The notes: generated by a model from the sequence alone, not told the origin. A DNA stretch of 64,000 bases from Candidatus Marinacidobacterales bacterium (GCA_965226495.1 OZ245365.1:1408001-1472000), one strand, 5' to 3'; positions 19,276 through 30,019 are shown, counted from the first letter of the stretch. Translations and numbers: made by a program.

Positions 19276-20484
19276 TCAAAAATGCCATGACCAATTGAGC
19301 TGTATGTAACTGTCCTTTCGAATTCCGTGGAGAAAGATGTCCTCGCGCGGGACGCCGACGAACGTCCTCGCTTCGACGTCCAGCGTCCAGCTGTTTCCAA
19401 AGCGCCGGCTCGCCTCGACGTTGATGAAGCTGGCACCGGTGTCTCGGTCGACGGTCGCTCCGGCGAGAATCTGAGTGCTCTGCACGTCGTTGAAGGCGAG
19501 GCGCGCTCCGAAAAAGATGTCATCGTCGAATGGTGTGAGCGCCAACTTACCTCGCTCGTCGAAGGAGTATTCAGCCAAAACACCGATGTCGAGCCCGGTG
19601 GTCTTGACGTTGACGAAGGTGTACTCGAAGCCTCCGGCGAATGCGTAGAACCGATCGCCCTGTCCGTATCGGTTGATGGCTTCGACCTTCCACAGCCAAC
19701 CGCCTTGGGTCATTTGCAGATCCAATCCGGTTTGATCGATGAGGTCGTAGACCGGGACGAGAACGGTCTCGTTGTCTCGGTCTTCTGGCAGGAAGCGGGG
19801 ATCGCGGCTAGTACCATGAAAGTGGGAAACGCCTACGTCCCACGGTCCCAGCGCGTGGGACCAGCGGACCGCCGCGTCGATATGGCGCTGGCCGGCACCT
19901 GATTGGTAGACGGATCTCTCTGAATCGACGGGAAACGCTAGGCCGGGCCGACTATCGCTTCCGAAGAATCTCCGTTCGCGAAAGCCGAGTAGGGTGAAAA
20001 AGTCGATGGTCCCCCAGGAGCGAATCAGGGCGAAATTTACCATTGGTTGGCCGAGCTTGGCCTCACCGTCGATGTTCTCGGTCAAGTCGGTTTGGTTGAT
20101 GATGTCGACGAGATGATTCGACTCCGACACTCCCCAAAACACTCGACGAATACCGGTCCGGAGCTCCCAATCGCGGGCGTTCAATTGCCAGGTGAGCTCT
20201 CGAATGTCCCAATGCGTGCGTTGTGGATCGTTCTGATCCAGGCGGACGAAGGGCACGAAGAGGAAGAGCTGGCGTCCGTCCTGCCATTCCTGGTACCACT
20301 CCGGCTCGAAGGCAAGAGACAGGTTGCTTCCTGACAAGTCTGTGCTGAGCGCGCTCTGTGGAAAGAGCCGGCCTTCCAAAGACACCTTGCCGTTCCACTC
20401 GCCGGCCCTGGCCGGGATGCCGGCCAGGGTGAGCATCAGAAGCGCCATCCCGAGGATGACGCTGCTCGTCGGAAAGCGTTTCAT
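19276..20484 (-). CDS. Probable outer-membrane beta-barrel protein
   Basis: Signal peptide, aromatic amphipathic strands, C-terminal WHF; operonic with LolA-like and MMPL genes. Confidence 0.7.
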   Translation of the reverse strand: MKRFPTSSVILGMALLMLTLAGIPARAGEWNGKVSLEGRLFPQSALSTDLSGSNLSLAFEPEWYQEWQDGRQLFLFVPFVRLDQNDPQRTHWDIRELTWQLNARDWELRTGIRRVFWGVSESNHLVDIINQTDLTENIDGEAKLGQPMVNFALIRSWGTIDFFTLLGFRERRFFGSDSRPGLAFPVDSERSVYQSGAGQRHIDAAVRWSHALGPWDVGVSHFHGTSRDPRFLPEDRDNETVLVPVYDLIDQTGLDLQMTQGGWLWKVEAINRYGQGDRFYAFAGGFEYTFVNVKTTGLDIGVLAEYSFDERGKLALTPFDDDIFFGARLAFNDVQSTQILAGATVDRDTGASFINVEASRRFGNSWTLDVEARTFVGVPREDIFLHGIRKDSYIQLNWSWHF

Positions 20485-20489
20485 GGCTC

Positions 20490-21365
20490 TTACCTCGCTC
20501 GCTTGAGACTGTTGCGGTCGAAGTCACGTTCGGAAAGACCGGTACGAAACTCGTACCCGCTCCACGACAGCAATGTGCTCTTTCCGGTCTGATGATTTTC
20601 CATGAAGAGATCGTCGGCCCGCCAGTACTGGTCGAGGTAGTGCACGTACTTGGAGTAGGTCAGCGTCTTGAGGAGCTCGTCCTTCCGGTCATAGAACTCG
20701 ACCTTCTCCGGCCGGTACTCGTCTTTGTCGTACCAAACGACGTGGCGCGTGTAGCCCGAATTTTGGTCGAGGGGAATGCGCTCGACTACGAAACAGTCGC
20801 GCTCATTCGCAGTGTCCTCTCGCAGGTAGCGATAGCTGTACTTATCCACCTCTTGCGAGGCGAGGTCTTCGTAGGCGAACTCGCTCCCCATGAAAGGACC
20901 CGACTTGTTATTGGACGAGATGCGCTTCACGCGCTTCAGTGCGGGAAGATAGAGCCATTGGTCGTCGGCGCCGGTGCGATGCGTGTAGGTGAGGAAAGCA
21001 GTTCCCTTGACGTCCCGGGGCTGGTCGAAGATCACCAGCAGCTTGTCGCCGTCGCCATCGACCTCGAGGAGTCGACTACGAAGCTCCCGGGTGCTCTCCT
21101 CGCCGTGTCGGTTCCGGAGAACCATCCGGAGCCCGTTTCGCTGGTCGCTCCAACCGGAGTCGCGCTGGTCCCACTCGAGCGCTATTTCGCGGCCGCGCTC
21201 TTCGTCCGCACTGGGCGCACTGGGGGGGGCGCTCGTGGCTGAAAGACCGGTTGCGAAGGCGGCGATGAGGAATGCCAACGCGACGAGATAGAAGAGGGGC
21301 TTCCAGTCATGTCTTGTGAGGGCTGCGGCACGGGTTTGGGTCTTAGCTGGCTGCTTGGTATTCAT
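20490..21365 (-). CDS. Outer-membrane lipoprotein-sorting (LolA-like) protein
   Basis: PRDVKGTAFL, DDQWLYLPALKRVKRI, FMGSEFAYED. Confidence 0.88.
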   Translation of the reverse strand: MNTKQPAKTQTRAAALTRHDWKPLFYLVALAFLIAAFATGLSATSAPPSAPSADEERGREIALEWDQRDSGWSDQRNGLRMVLRNRHGEESTRELRSRLLEVDGDGDKLLVIFDQPRDVKGTAFLTYTHRTGADDQWLYLPALKRVKRISSNNKSGPFMGSEFAYEDLASQEVDKYSYRYLREDTANERDCFVVERIPLDQNSGYTRHVVWYDKDEYRPEKVEFYDRKDELLKTLTYSKYVHYLDQYWRADDLFMENHQTGKSTLLSWSGYEFRTGLSERDFDRNSLKRAR

Positions 21366-23712
21366 CTTTTAGTTCCTCCATTTTGGAAGCTCGTGTGTCT
21401 CTACGACCATCGATTTCCATGAGAATTGGGGGTAGGAGAAGTAGGTCGGTGGCGAGTGCGATGGCGATGATGAGCGCCGACATTCTTCCCATGTCTCCGT
21501 TGAAGCTGAAAGTGGACTGGGCCAGGATCGAGAATCCGGCCGCCAAGATGATCGAGGTCACGACGAGGGCGGCGCCGACAGTCGAGAAGGCGTAGCGAAC
21601 GGCTTCTTCGGAACTGAGCTTTTTTTCGCGTCGCGCTCGAAGATATTTGCTAAGGAAGTGGACGGTGTCGTCTACGACGATGCCGAGACACATGCCGCTG
21701 ACGATCGAGAGCCCGAGATTAATTTGCCCCACGAACAGCCCCCAAAGGCCGAACGCCATCGCTGCCGGAAGTAGGTTGGGGAGGAAGCTGATGAGGCCGT
21801 ACTTCAAACTCCTCAGGGCGAGCACGAGGGTTAAACCGATGAGGCCGATCGCCAAGAGGGTGCCGATGAGCATGCTCCTTACGTTTCGGCTAGAGATGTA
21901 GGAGAACATCACACCCGGGCCAACGCCGCGCGCGAACATGTGCTCCGGAGCGTTGGCGCGCAGCCATTCTTCTCCTTCTTCCACAAGACCGATGAGCTCC
22001 TTGGATGTGATGTTCTGGACGGTGACCGACAGCTTGGCGGCCGACTTATCGACGTTGATTTGGTTGTTGAGGTCGAGCCCGTAGGGAAGCGACATCTCGT
22101 AAAGGAGTAGGTATTGCGCTGCGAGCTCGCGGTTGTCCGGCAGGCGGTAGTAGCTAGGATCGTCGGCGTTCAGGTTTTTGTTGAGCTTCTTGAAGACGTC
22201 ACTGAGGGAGGCGACATGCACGACGCCTGGCTGGCTGCGGTACCAATTGGCGAACTCCTCGAGCTTCTCCAAGTAGGCAGGCTCGCTGATCCCGCCGCTC
22301 GAATCCGCGCCCAGTGAAAAATCGATTTGGTAAATCCCGCTCAAGTGCTCCATCGCGAAGTCGGAATCCTGGCGGAAAGCCATGGACTCGTCGAAGTAAT
22401 TGACGAACTGGTCGTTCAGCGAGTTGAGAGGGAGCAGAGCCGCCATCAGGAACGCGGCGAGCCCGCCGCCCCAGAGCAGGGGCCGCCGGCGCGAGACAAC
22501 GAATCCCGCCACCTTGTCCATCGGAGACTCGGAGCGCTCGGCGCGAAGTTTCACTCTCACCGGAAGAATTGCCATCAAGGCAGGGAGGAAGGTTATCGAT
22601 AACACCCACGCCGCCGCGACTCCCGTCGCGCTGATGTTACCGAGGTCGTGGAAAGGCGGCACTTCGCTGAAGTTCATGCTGAGAAATCCGATCGCCGTCG
22701 TCAGGCTGGTAAGAAACACCGGCTGCATGTTGACCCGAAGACTTTCCACGATGGCTTGGTGCTTGGTTGCTCCGTGGCGCATTTCTTTGAGCATCGTCAC
22801 CAAGATGTGAATGGCATCCGCCACCGCGAGAGTCATGATGATCGTCAACGCCGCCGTCGACGGAGGCGTCAACGAGAGGCCGGCCCAGCCGGCGAGTCCG
22901 AGCGCGCTGGTCACCGAAAGTGCTATGACGCCCAGAGTCGCGATGGTCGCTGAGACCGAACGGAGAAGAAGCACGATCGTGAGAGTGATCACGAGGTACA
23001 TCGCCGGCACGAGTGTGGCCATGTCCTTCATCGCCGATTCCTGGAAGGCGTTATTGAGCATCGCCATCCCAGTGATGTGCGTCTTGAAACCGGGGTTTTC
23101 CTCCTCGACCCGTGCCGCGAGCTCGCGAGCGAAGGCGACCGACCTTGCGGTCTCGTCGGTTTCCTTTCTGGGAAGCTGAAGGGTGATGTTGAGTCCGACG
23201 ACGTGAGTGCGGCTGGGAACGATGCGATTCAATAGCATCGGCTCGCTCAGTGCGATCTCCCGTTTCGCCGATAGTTCCTCCGGTGTGAGAGCCTCGGCAT
23301 CTCGAACGAGATCCTCTACGATCAGATTGTCGCCCTCGGCCCAGGAGTGCTGGAAGTTCGAGAGGGAGTCCACGCGGATGGCGAAGGGGATCTTCCAGGC
23401 TTCCGAGGTCATCTCTTCGACGATTGCCAAGGTTTGGTTGGTGAAGGTTTCGCCGTTGGGCGGCTCCAGGATCATGAGGATGTTGTCGTTCTTGGTGTAG
23501 ATAGCCTCGACGGCGTCGAAGGCGATTAACTGTGGGTTATCCGGACCGAAGAACACGCGGTACTCGTCGATGAACCCCAACCGACTGGCACCGCCGATAG
23601 CCAGAAATGAGAGCACTAGCACCGCAAACAGGACTGGCCAACGCCGCTTCACCACCCAGCGGGCGTAGCGTTCAGCTGACACCAAGTGGGTGGCACTTGT
23701 ATCCGTCTTCAT
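21343..23712 (-). CDS. MMPL/RND family transporter
   Basis: Two repeats of a TM bundle with LAVADAIH and GIVVDDTVHF, plus TSLTTAIGF; ATG at 23712 follows GGAGG. Confidence 0.9.
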   Translation of the reverse strand: MKTDTSATHLVSAERYARWVVKRRWPVLFAVLVLSFLAIGGASRLGFIDEYRVFFGPDNPQLIAFDAVEAIYTKNDNILMILEPPNGETFTNQTLAIVEEMTSEAWKIPFAIRVDSLSNFQHSWAEGDNLIVEDLVRDAEALTPEELSAKREIALSEPMLLNRIVPSRTHVVGLNITLQLPRKETDETARSVAFARELAARVEEENPGFKTHITGMAMLNNAFQESAMKDMATLVPAMYLVITLTIVLLLRSVSATIATLGVIALSVTSALGLAGWAGLSLTPPSTAALTIIMTLAVADAIHILVTMLKEMRHGATKHQAIVESLRVNMQPVFLTSLTTAIGFLSMNFSEVPPFHDLGNISATGVAAAWVLSITFLPALMAILPVRVKLRAERSESPMDKVAGFVVSRRRPLLWGGGLAAFLMAALLPLNSLNDQFVNYFDESMAFRQDSDFAMEHLSGIYQIDFSLGADSSGGISEPAYLEKLEEFANWYRSQPGVVHVASLSDVFKKLNKNLNADDPSYYRLPDNRELAAQYLLLYEMSLPYGLDLNNQINVDKSAAKLSVTVQNITSKELIGLVEEGEEWLRANAPEHMFARGVGPGVMFSYISSRNVRSMLIGTLLAIGLIGLTLVLALRSLKYGLISFLPNLLPAAMAFGLWGLFVGQINLGLSIVSGMCLGIVVDDTVHFLSKYLRARREKKLSSEEAVRYAFSTVGAALVVTSIILAAGFSILAQSTFSFNGDMGRMSALIIAIALATDLLLLPPILMEIDGRRDTRASKMEELKDEYQAAS

Positions 23713-23740
23713 ATTTATCCTCCGATGGATCAGTAACATT

Positions 23741-23756
23741 CATACCGGTCGGTATG
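23741..23756. promoter_or_regulatory. Putative TetR operator upstream of the MMPL operon
   Basis: Palindrome CATACC-GGTC-GGTATG; a second copy lies at 24417-24432. Confidence 0.75.
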
Positions 23757-23798
23757 TTAAGTGAGTTAGCAGCGTGAAAAGAGGTCATTGCGGTGTGA

Positions 23799-24419
23799 TT
23801 AGGCGGCGGCTACTGGGGCGAGGACCCGTAGCGTTTCGAGATAGAGGACGAGGCCCTCGATGCAGGCTTCCACCATCGACGGATCCCGGGAATTCTTGGC
23901 CATGCCAGCCATCCCTTCGATGGAGGCCACGATAAAGGCGGCCGACTTGTGACTGTCGATGTCGGTACGAACCTGATTCGCGCCCTGTCCTCGGAGGAGC
24001 GCGTCGGTGATCCCGTCGCGCCAGGAGTCGAGGGCCGCTTCGATGCGGACTCGGAAACCCTCATCGATAGGGGACATTTCCTGGGCGAGATTGGCCAGCG
24101 GGCAGCCGCAGGTGCAAGCCATCTCGATGTGCTCTGGTTGCAACCCTTGGAGCATTCCAATGAGGCCATCGATGGGGTCGGTTGCGCTCTCGATGGGCCG
24201 AAGCCACATCTCCGCGATCATCCCTGGGATGATTTCCTCGACAATCGCGTATCCGAGCGCATTTTTGTTCGGAAAATGATGATAGAGAGCACCCTTTGTA
24301 AGTCCTGTGTCAGAGAGTATCTGCTCCAGGCTCGCTGCGCGGAAACCCTTTGCGTAGACCTCCCGGTATGCGGCGTCGAGGATCTTCTGGCGGGTTCCGT
24401 CCGGGTTCCTCTTGTTCAT
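23799..24419 (-). CDS. TetR/AcrR family transcriptional regulator
   Basis: HTH GLTKGALYHHFPNK, GCPLANLAQEMS; real start MNKRNPDG at 24419. Confidence 0.92.
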   Translation of the reverse strand: MNKRNPDGTRQKILDAAYREVYAKGFRAASLEQILSDTGLTKGALYHHFPNKNALGYAIVEEIIPGMIAEMWLRPIESATDPIDGLIGMLQGLQPEHIEMACTCGCPLANLAQEMSPIDEGFRVRIEAALDSWRDGITDALLRGQGANQVRTDIDSHKSAAFIVASIEGMAGMAKNSRDPSMVEACIEGLVLYLETLRVLAPVAAA

Positions 24420-24455
24420 ACCAACCAGTATGTATCTTGAAAAGGGCCGTGTCAA
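24417..24455 (-). promoter_or_regulatory. tetR promoter (leaderless) with overlapping operator
   Basis: TTGACA-N17-CATACT-N7-ATG on the minus strand; operator CATACC-AACC-AGTATG overlaps the -10 box and the start codon. Confidence 0.72.
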
Positions 24456-24543
24456 GCAAATAATTCGAGCGACCAGGTGCCCTACTCCGAGATAAGATAG
24501 CCCGCGAAAACGCCCGTCTGGTGGCAACAATGAAGGAGTCGAC

Positions 24544-26294
24544 ATGAACTTCAGCCGGAAGCCTTTGTTCGCTCTTCTCGCGACTCTGGCGCTATCTCCA
24601 TCATGTCAGCGCGAAGCCCCGCCCGACCTCATCGTCGTCGGGGCGGGTATCTCCGGGCTTTCGGCCGCTCTCGAAGCGGCGGCGGGTGGTGCCAGGGTCG
24701 AAGTCATCGACATGAGCTCCGTCTTCGGCGGCCATGCTGTTGTGGCTCATGGCGGCCTCGCCATCGTCGGCAGCCCGATTCAGCAGGCGGGATCGAAGAC
24801 AGCATCGAGCTCGCCTACAGCGACTTCATGAACTGGGGTGAGGATGCGGATCCACTGGGTGCGTTACTACGTCGAGCACTCGCGGGAGGAGATTTTCGAC
24901 TGGCTCACCGAGTTGGGCGTGGAGTTCCAAGGCCTGATGTTCCATCCCGGCAATAGCGTGTTGCGGTTTCACAATGAAGTAGGCCGCGGGCTCGGGCTGG
25001 TAACGCCGATTTATCTCTTGAAGAGCGGGAACGTGAGCTTCCGATGGAATACCCGCGTCGACGATTTGATCGTGGAAGATGGCAGCGTAGCGGGAGTTCG
25101 GGGGGTTCGCGGTGAAACGATCGAGCGCCGCGCGGACGGGGTCGTGATCGCCACCGGAGGTTTTCAAAGCAACTCTGGAAAAGGTCAGAGAGTTTTGGAA
25201 CAAAGACATGCCTTTTCCGGAGCGGATTCTCGTGGCTCGGGATGGAAGAGGGATACGGTTTGGATCTTGCCGAGAAAGTAGGCGCCCAATTCCATTGGAA
25301 CTATGTGACAGGGCTCCCGGATCCTCGCTACGAGGAGGGAATTCGGGGTGTCAATGCAATCGCCTACGATTCCATCTACGTCAACATGGAAGGGGAGCGT
25401 TTCGTTAACGAGTGCCTCTCCGCCAAGTACACGCTTCCTGCTCTCTTGAAGCAGCCCACGGGCAGTTATTGGGCGGTCTTCGATTCGGAAGGCAAGAATG
25501 ACTACATGGTGACCGGCTCCGGCTGGAGCGATGAGAAGGTGGAGCATCTCGTTTTCCAAAACGAAGAGCTCACCAAGAGTTCGGATAGCCTCGAAGGTCT
25601 CGCGGCTGCCACCGACCTTCCAGAAGGCGTTTTGAAACGAACCGTGACACGGTTCAACCAGATGGTGAAGCAGCAAGACGACACCGATTTCGATCGCATC
25701 GCTCAAGGTAACGATCCACGCTGCCGCGACGTCAAAGCGTTAGAGGTTCCGCCCTTCTACGCCATCCGGATGTACCCGCTCGCGCGCAAGAGCATGGGAG
25801 GGATCGCCGTCGACAACGCCTCCCGCGTCGTGGACAAGAAGGGCGAGGTAATTCCCGGCCTCTATGCCGCGGGGGAAGCCTCGGGACTCGCCGGCATCAA
25901 CGGCAAGGCCGGCTTGGAAGGAACTTTTCTTGGCCCATCCATCGTGACTGGGCGCATGGCGGGCCGAACGGCTTTGGCGCAGCTTGAAGCGAAGGCACTT
26001 GGACGAACGGAGCCCGCCCCACCGCTGCCTGCAACCCCTGCAACCGACGCCATGCCAGAGGTCGGGGTTTATGCGGTGGACAGCGCTCAGTGTACGAAGT
26101 GCCATGACCTCGCGACACTCGTTGGGTCGAAACGGCCGGGCTATCTTCACTTCGAGCTGGCTCATGGCGTGGTCTTGGAACGTAAGGCGGAGTGTGTCCA
26201 GTGTCACGGGGAGCTCTTTCCCTACGAAGAAGACCGCCATCGGACCGCTCCCCTTAAGCAGGCCACCGTTTGCGGGAACTGTCACGGGCTTTAG
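24544..26294 (+). pseudogene. FAD-dependent oxidoreductase (flavocytochrome c-like) with C-terminal triheme domain; multiple frameshifts (pseudogene or consensus errors)
   Basis: Lipoprotein-like signal, VVGAGISG, VIATGGFQSN, MGGI, IPGLYAAGE, then CTKCH, CVQCH and CGNCH; homology is spread over several frames between 24790 and 25260. Confidence 0.8.
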
Positions 26295-26680
26295 AGCTTA
26301 CGTTCCGTCGACCCCGACATCCCGTGGTGGCGAAGATGACCGCGGAGCGAATCGTCGACGAGTTTGGCTTCGAAGATCCACCCACCCCAACTACCCCATT
26401 GCATGCTGAGGCGTGATGCTTTGAAGGTGGGCTCGTGCATTTGGTGGTCGCGGTCGCCGACTCGGCTTCCCAAGTAGGTCACACCGATCCCGCTAGGGTC
26501 CTTCTCAATTTCGAAGGGCCCGAACAGGTCCCACTGGTCGTTGCGGCCGTCAAGCTTTGTACCTTCCCAGACACCGACCACGGCATCTGCGGAGTCGTTT
26601 TGGGCTAGAAGATGACTAGGGAGTCCGGCGATTAGGGAAAAAGCCAGTGCGGACCATGCAAGCGAGCGCAGAAGGTTCAT
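26291..26680 (-). CDS. Hypothetical secreted protein
   Basis: AGGAG RBS, signal peptide, VVGVWEG; the C-terminus may be frameshifted. Confidence 0.55.
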   Translation of the reverse strand: MNLLRSLAWSALAFSLIAGLPSHLLAQNDSADAVVGVWEGTKLDGRNDQWDLFGPFEIEKDPSGIGVTYLGSRVGDRDHQMHEPTFKASRLSMQWGSWGGWIFEAKLVDDSLRGHLRHHGMSGSTERKL

Positions 26681-26743
26681 ACCTGCTCCTATGACTCATG
26701 GCGCTCCCTCACCGATCGTCCCAGCAGCATAGCACCCGAGGGC

Positions 26744-27217
26744 TCACCCCTCGCCCTGTTGTTTCATCATTTCGGAGAGCCTCTTGTCCATCTCCTCCGG
26801 GGGTACGTCTTCCACGTGCGTCGCGATGGACCACTTGTGCCCAAAGGGGTCTTTCACGATCCCTGACCGATCCCCGTAGAACTGGTCCGCAACCGGCCTG
26901 ACCTCGGTGGCTCCGGCGGCGATGGCCTGTTTGAACATGGCGTCCACGTCCTCCACGTAAAGGAGCATGGAGATGGGGGAGCCACCGAGTGACTCCGGGC
27001 TGAGGGCCATTATCTCCGGATCCTCGTCCGCCATCATGATGGGTGAGTCACCGATCTTGATTTCGGCGTGTCCGATCTTTCCTTCCGGAGCGGCCAGCCG
27101 GAAAAGCTCGGTGGCACCGAAGGCCTTCTTGTAGAACTCGATGGCTTTGGCCGCGCCCTTGATGATCAAGTACGGGGTGGCAGTGTGGTAACCCTCAGGA
27201 ACTGGCTTGACTGGCAT
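26744..27217 (-). CDS. VOC/glyoxalase (PhnB-like) protein
   Basis: PEGYHTATPYL, HAEIKIGDS, DQFYGDR, DPFGHKW. Confidence 0.92.
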   Translation of the reverse strand: MPVKPVPEGYHTATPYLIIKGAAKAIEFYKKAFGATELFRLAAPEGKIGHAEIKIGDSPIMMADEDPEIMALSPESLGGSPISMLLYVEDVDAMFKQAIAAGATEVRPVADQFYGDRSGIVKDPFGHKWSIATHVEDVPPEEMDKRLSEMMKQQGEG

Positions 27218-27248
27218 TTTCTTGCCTCCTTAATTTAGTCACGGCTGG

Positions 27249-27816
27249 TCATTCAGTCCTTATCACGACCAGATAAATGGAATCGTCTTGGGCCATTTCT
27301 TCGTAGCGCTTCATATCCAGGACTTCGTAGCCCTCTGCTGCGAGCTCACCGAGTGCCTGCTCAGTGTAATGAACGAACCGGAGACCCTCATGCTCCTCCT
27401 CCTTCGTTCCGTACCAGAAAGAATGCATTAACAGACCATCGGTGTTCAACACCTCTCTCTGCTTCTGAAGGGATGTGGTCAACTCGTCCTTTGTAAGGTG
27501 GTGCAGCACCTTATTGGAGTATATGCAGTCGAACCTTCGGTCGGTCTCCATGGCCCTGGCGTCGAGAAGGAGCAGGTCCGCCTTGCGATTCTTCTTTCGA
27601 TAAGAATCGAGAAAAGCCGCGGAGTTATCCGAGCCCGTGACTTGGTATGTCCGGCCGAGGAGTTCCAAATCCTTTCCGGGCCCCAATCCCCAGCTCGAGA
27701 ACGGTAGAACCTTGGGGTAGATGCTTGTTCAGGACTTCGACGAGCTCGGCTCCGTCATAGCCCTCGGCCGCCTCGACATATTCTTGGACGCCGTCTTCGG
27801 TGTCGTAAAAGCCCAT
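27249..27816 (-). pseudogene. Class I SAM-dependent methyltransferase, frameshift near 27685
   Basis: ORF 27625..27816 ends VLELGIG and ORF 27249..27686 continues GPGKD...FDCIYSNKVLHH. Confidence 0.75.
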
Positions 27817-27841
27817 GACAGATTACCCTGAGCCCGCTCCC

Positions 27842-29908
27842 TTATTTCGACGCGGTCGGGGTTGCCGTCGATGTGTGCGAAGGGAAGTGCTTCGCATACC
27901 AATCCATGCTGCGATCGATGAGATCGACCTGGTGTCCGATTTCTCGAACTCCGTGGCCTTCCCGCGGATATCGCACCATGATGGTCTCGACACCGACATC
28001 TTTTAGGGCGATGTAATACTGTTCCGCTTCCGCGATCGGAACGTCGTTATCGTTTTCTCCGTGGACCAACATCGTCGGGGTCTTGACCTTGCCGACATGC
28101 TTCAGCGCCGAGCGTTCCCACAATACATCCATCAAATTATCTTGATGGGGTAGCGCGCCGAACTCGACCGCCAAATAGTCATGGTAATAGGCCATGTAGT
28201 TGAAGCTGATCAGGTTCGAGATGCTGGCGATGGGGATGGCGGCTTTGAACATAGATGTCTGGGTAATGATCCAGTTGCTGAGCTGTCCCCCGTAGCTTCC
28301 ACCCTCGATGCCGAGCCGGTCCGAGTCGACCCAGTCGTAGCGGCGGGCGGCCGCCTGCACACCGTAAATCACGTCCTTCGCTTCGCCCCCGTTTTGGTCA
28401 CCGAATATGGCATCGGCGAAGGCTTGCCCGTAGCCCGAGGAGCCGCGATAGTTCACCATGATCACGCCCCATCCGTGGCTAGCGTAAGTCTGTGCTTTGA
28501 AATGGAAGCGCGGTCCGCTCTGGCTGTGAGGCCCGCCTTTGATCATGGCGATGAGCGGGTGCTTCGAACCTGTGGTTCGACCGAACGGATGGACGACATA
28601 GGCCTCGACCTCTACGCCATCGAAGCTCAAGAACTGCATGGCCTCGACCTCGGCGACTTGGCGCCCGGCCAAGATCTCGCGGTTGAGGTCGGTCAGTTTT
28701 TCCATCGTGTTGTTCTTCTTGAGATAAAGCTGGCGCATGTCGCCCGGTGAGTCCAGGCCATATGTGACCGCACCATCCGTCGCCAAGGACCACGAGCGAA
28801 CCGTTCCGGGTTCGCCAACGACGACCTCCGGCGCGCCTCCCGAAACGGGGAGCCGGTAGAGTCGAATGTTGCCCCGTTCCTGCACGGTCGTGTAAACGGA
28901 TCTCCCATCCGATGACCAGCCCGGGGCACCCTGACGGTTGTCGATGCCGGCTCCGAGATCCTTACGATTCCCGCCATCGGCGTCCATGAGCCAGATGTGG
29001 GTATCCTCCATCGTTGTCTCGGAAGAGGTCAGCCCTCGTCGCGTACCTTGATAAGCGATGGACTGGCCGCCAGGAGACCATCGTGGCCGATACTCGGCGC
29101 TCTCGGTTCGGGTGAGCCTTCGAATCGACCCCTGGTCGACGTTTACAGCGAAGATGTCGTAGTTGAAAAACTGATCCGGGTTGGGCTCCCGATTGGAAAC
29201 GAACAGTATCTCGTCACCGGCGGGTGACCAATCGATGGAGTGTTCGTAGTAGTCACCGTGCGTCAATTGGCGCACTTTTTTCGATTCGACCCCCACGACA
29301 AAAATGTGCACCCGGCGGTTGTCGTTGAACCTCGTCAATCCTTCCGACGCCGTCGGTTTGTAAAGGTAGCGTGTGATCACCACCGGATCTGCGCTGGCGT
29401 CGTCCGTTTCCGGGCCCGGGGTTGCGGAAACGAACGCGATCGACTTGCCGCCGGGGGACCACGTCAATCTTTCTCCCGATGAGGGTAGCGGATGGTTGGT
29501 CCATTGGACCGGAGCGAGGAAGTTGGCCTGGCTGCCATCTGAACGAGCGACCATGAGTCCGCGCTGGTCGTCTTGACTACCGATGTAGGCGATCCACTCT
29601 CCATCGGGTGACCATCGGGGGTGAGAGGCACGGCCGTCGCCTAGTTTGGCGGGTTCGTCGGCAGCGAGATCCCGGATCCAGGCAAGAGAGTAAGCACGGC
29701 CCGGACGGTCGCGATACTGGACGGTGTAAACGACGCGACTCCCGTCGGGAGAGCATTGGACTTCGCCGACCGAGCGCATCTGGTAAAGGTCTTGGCTCTG
29801 AAAACCACGACTTTGGGCCAACGATGGTGATGCGAGCGCCGTCGCAGTCAACAATGAAAGAGGCGCAGCCAACAGGGAAAGGGTCGCGGCCCATCTGAGT
29901 TGTGTCAT
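27842..29908 (-). CDS. S9 family (acylaminoacyl/prolyl oligo) peptidase with beta-propeller
   Basis: Repeated WSPxG (PD40-like), NYRGSSGYG, catalytic GGSYGG, D, and EGH; signal peptide. Confidence 0.92.
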   Translation of the reverse strand: MTQLRWAATLSLLAAPLSLLTATALASPSLAQSRGFQSQDLYQMRSVGEVQCSPDGSRVVYTVQYRDRPGRAYSLAWIRDLAADEPAKLGDGRASHPRWSPDGEWIAYIGSQDDQRGLMVARSDGSQANFLAPVQWTNHPLPSSGERLTWSPGGKSIAFVSATPGPETDDASADPVVITRYLYKPTASEGLTRFNDNRRVHIFVVGVESKKVRQLTHGDYYEHSIDWSPAGDEILFVSNREPNPDQFFNYDIFAVNVDQGSIRRLTRTESAEYRPRWSPGGQSIAYQGTRRGLTSSETTMEDTHIWLMDADGGNRKDLGAGIDNRQGAPGWSSDGRSVYTTVQERGNIRLYRLPVSGGAPEVVVGEPGTVRSWSLATDGAVTYGLDSPGDMRQLYLKKNNTMEKLTDLNREILAGRQVAEVEAMQFLSFDGVEVEAYVVHPFGRTTGSKHPLIAMIKGGPHSQSGPRFHFKAQTYASHGWGVIMVNYRGSSGYGQAFADAIFGDQNGGEAKDVIYGVQAAARRYDWVDSDRLGIEGGSYGGQLSNWIITQTSMFKAAIPIASISNLISFNYMAYYHDYLAVEFGALPHQDNLMDVLWERSALKHVGKVKTPTMLVHGENDNDVPIAEAEQYYIALKDVGVETIMVRYPREGHGVREIGHQVDLIDRSMDWYAKHFPSHTSTATPTASK

Positions 29909-30019
29909 GAAGTTCCTCCCAGAAAAATCTGCCTCAATGTAGCCGAGGGCGGGCTTGCGGTACAACTCGGAGCTGCTAGTGGACTGTGCGGGCGAACTCG
30001 GGGACGCGCTTGCGAGCCG

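Noticed and set aside
24544-24831. TGA-terminated first ORF of the flavocytochrome as another selenocysteine site
   Set aside because: Homology has already shifted to another frame before this TGA, so it is a frameshift product and not aligned to a Cys.
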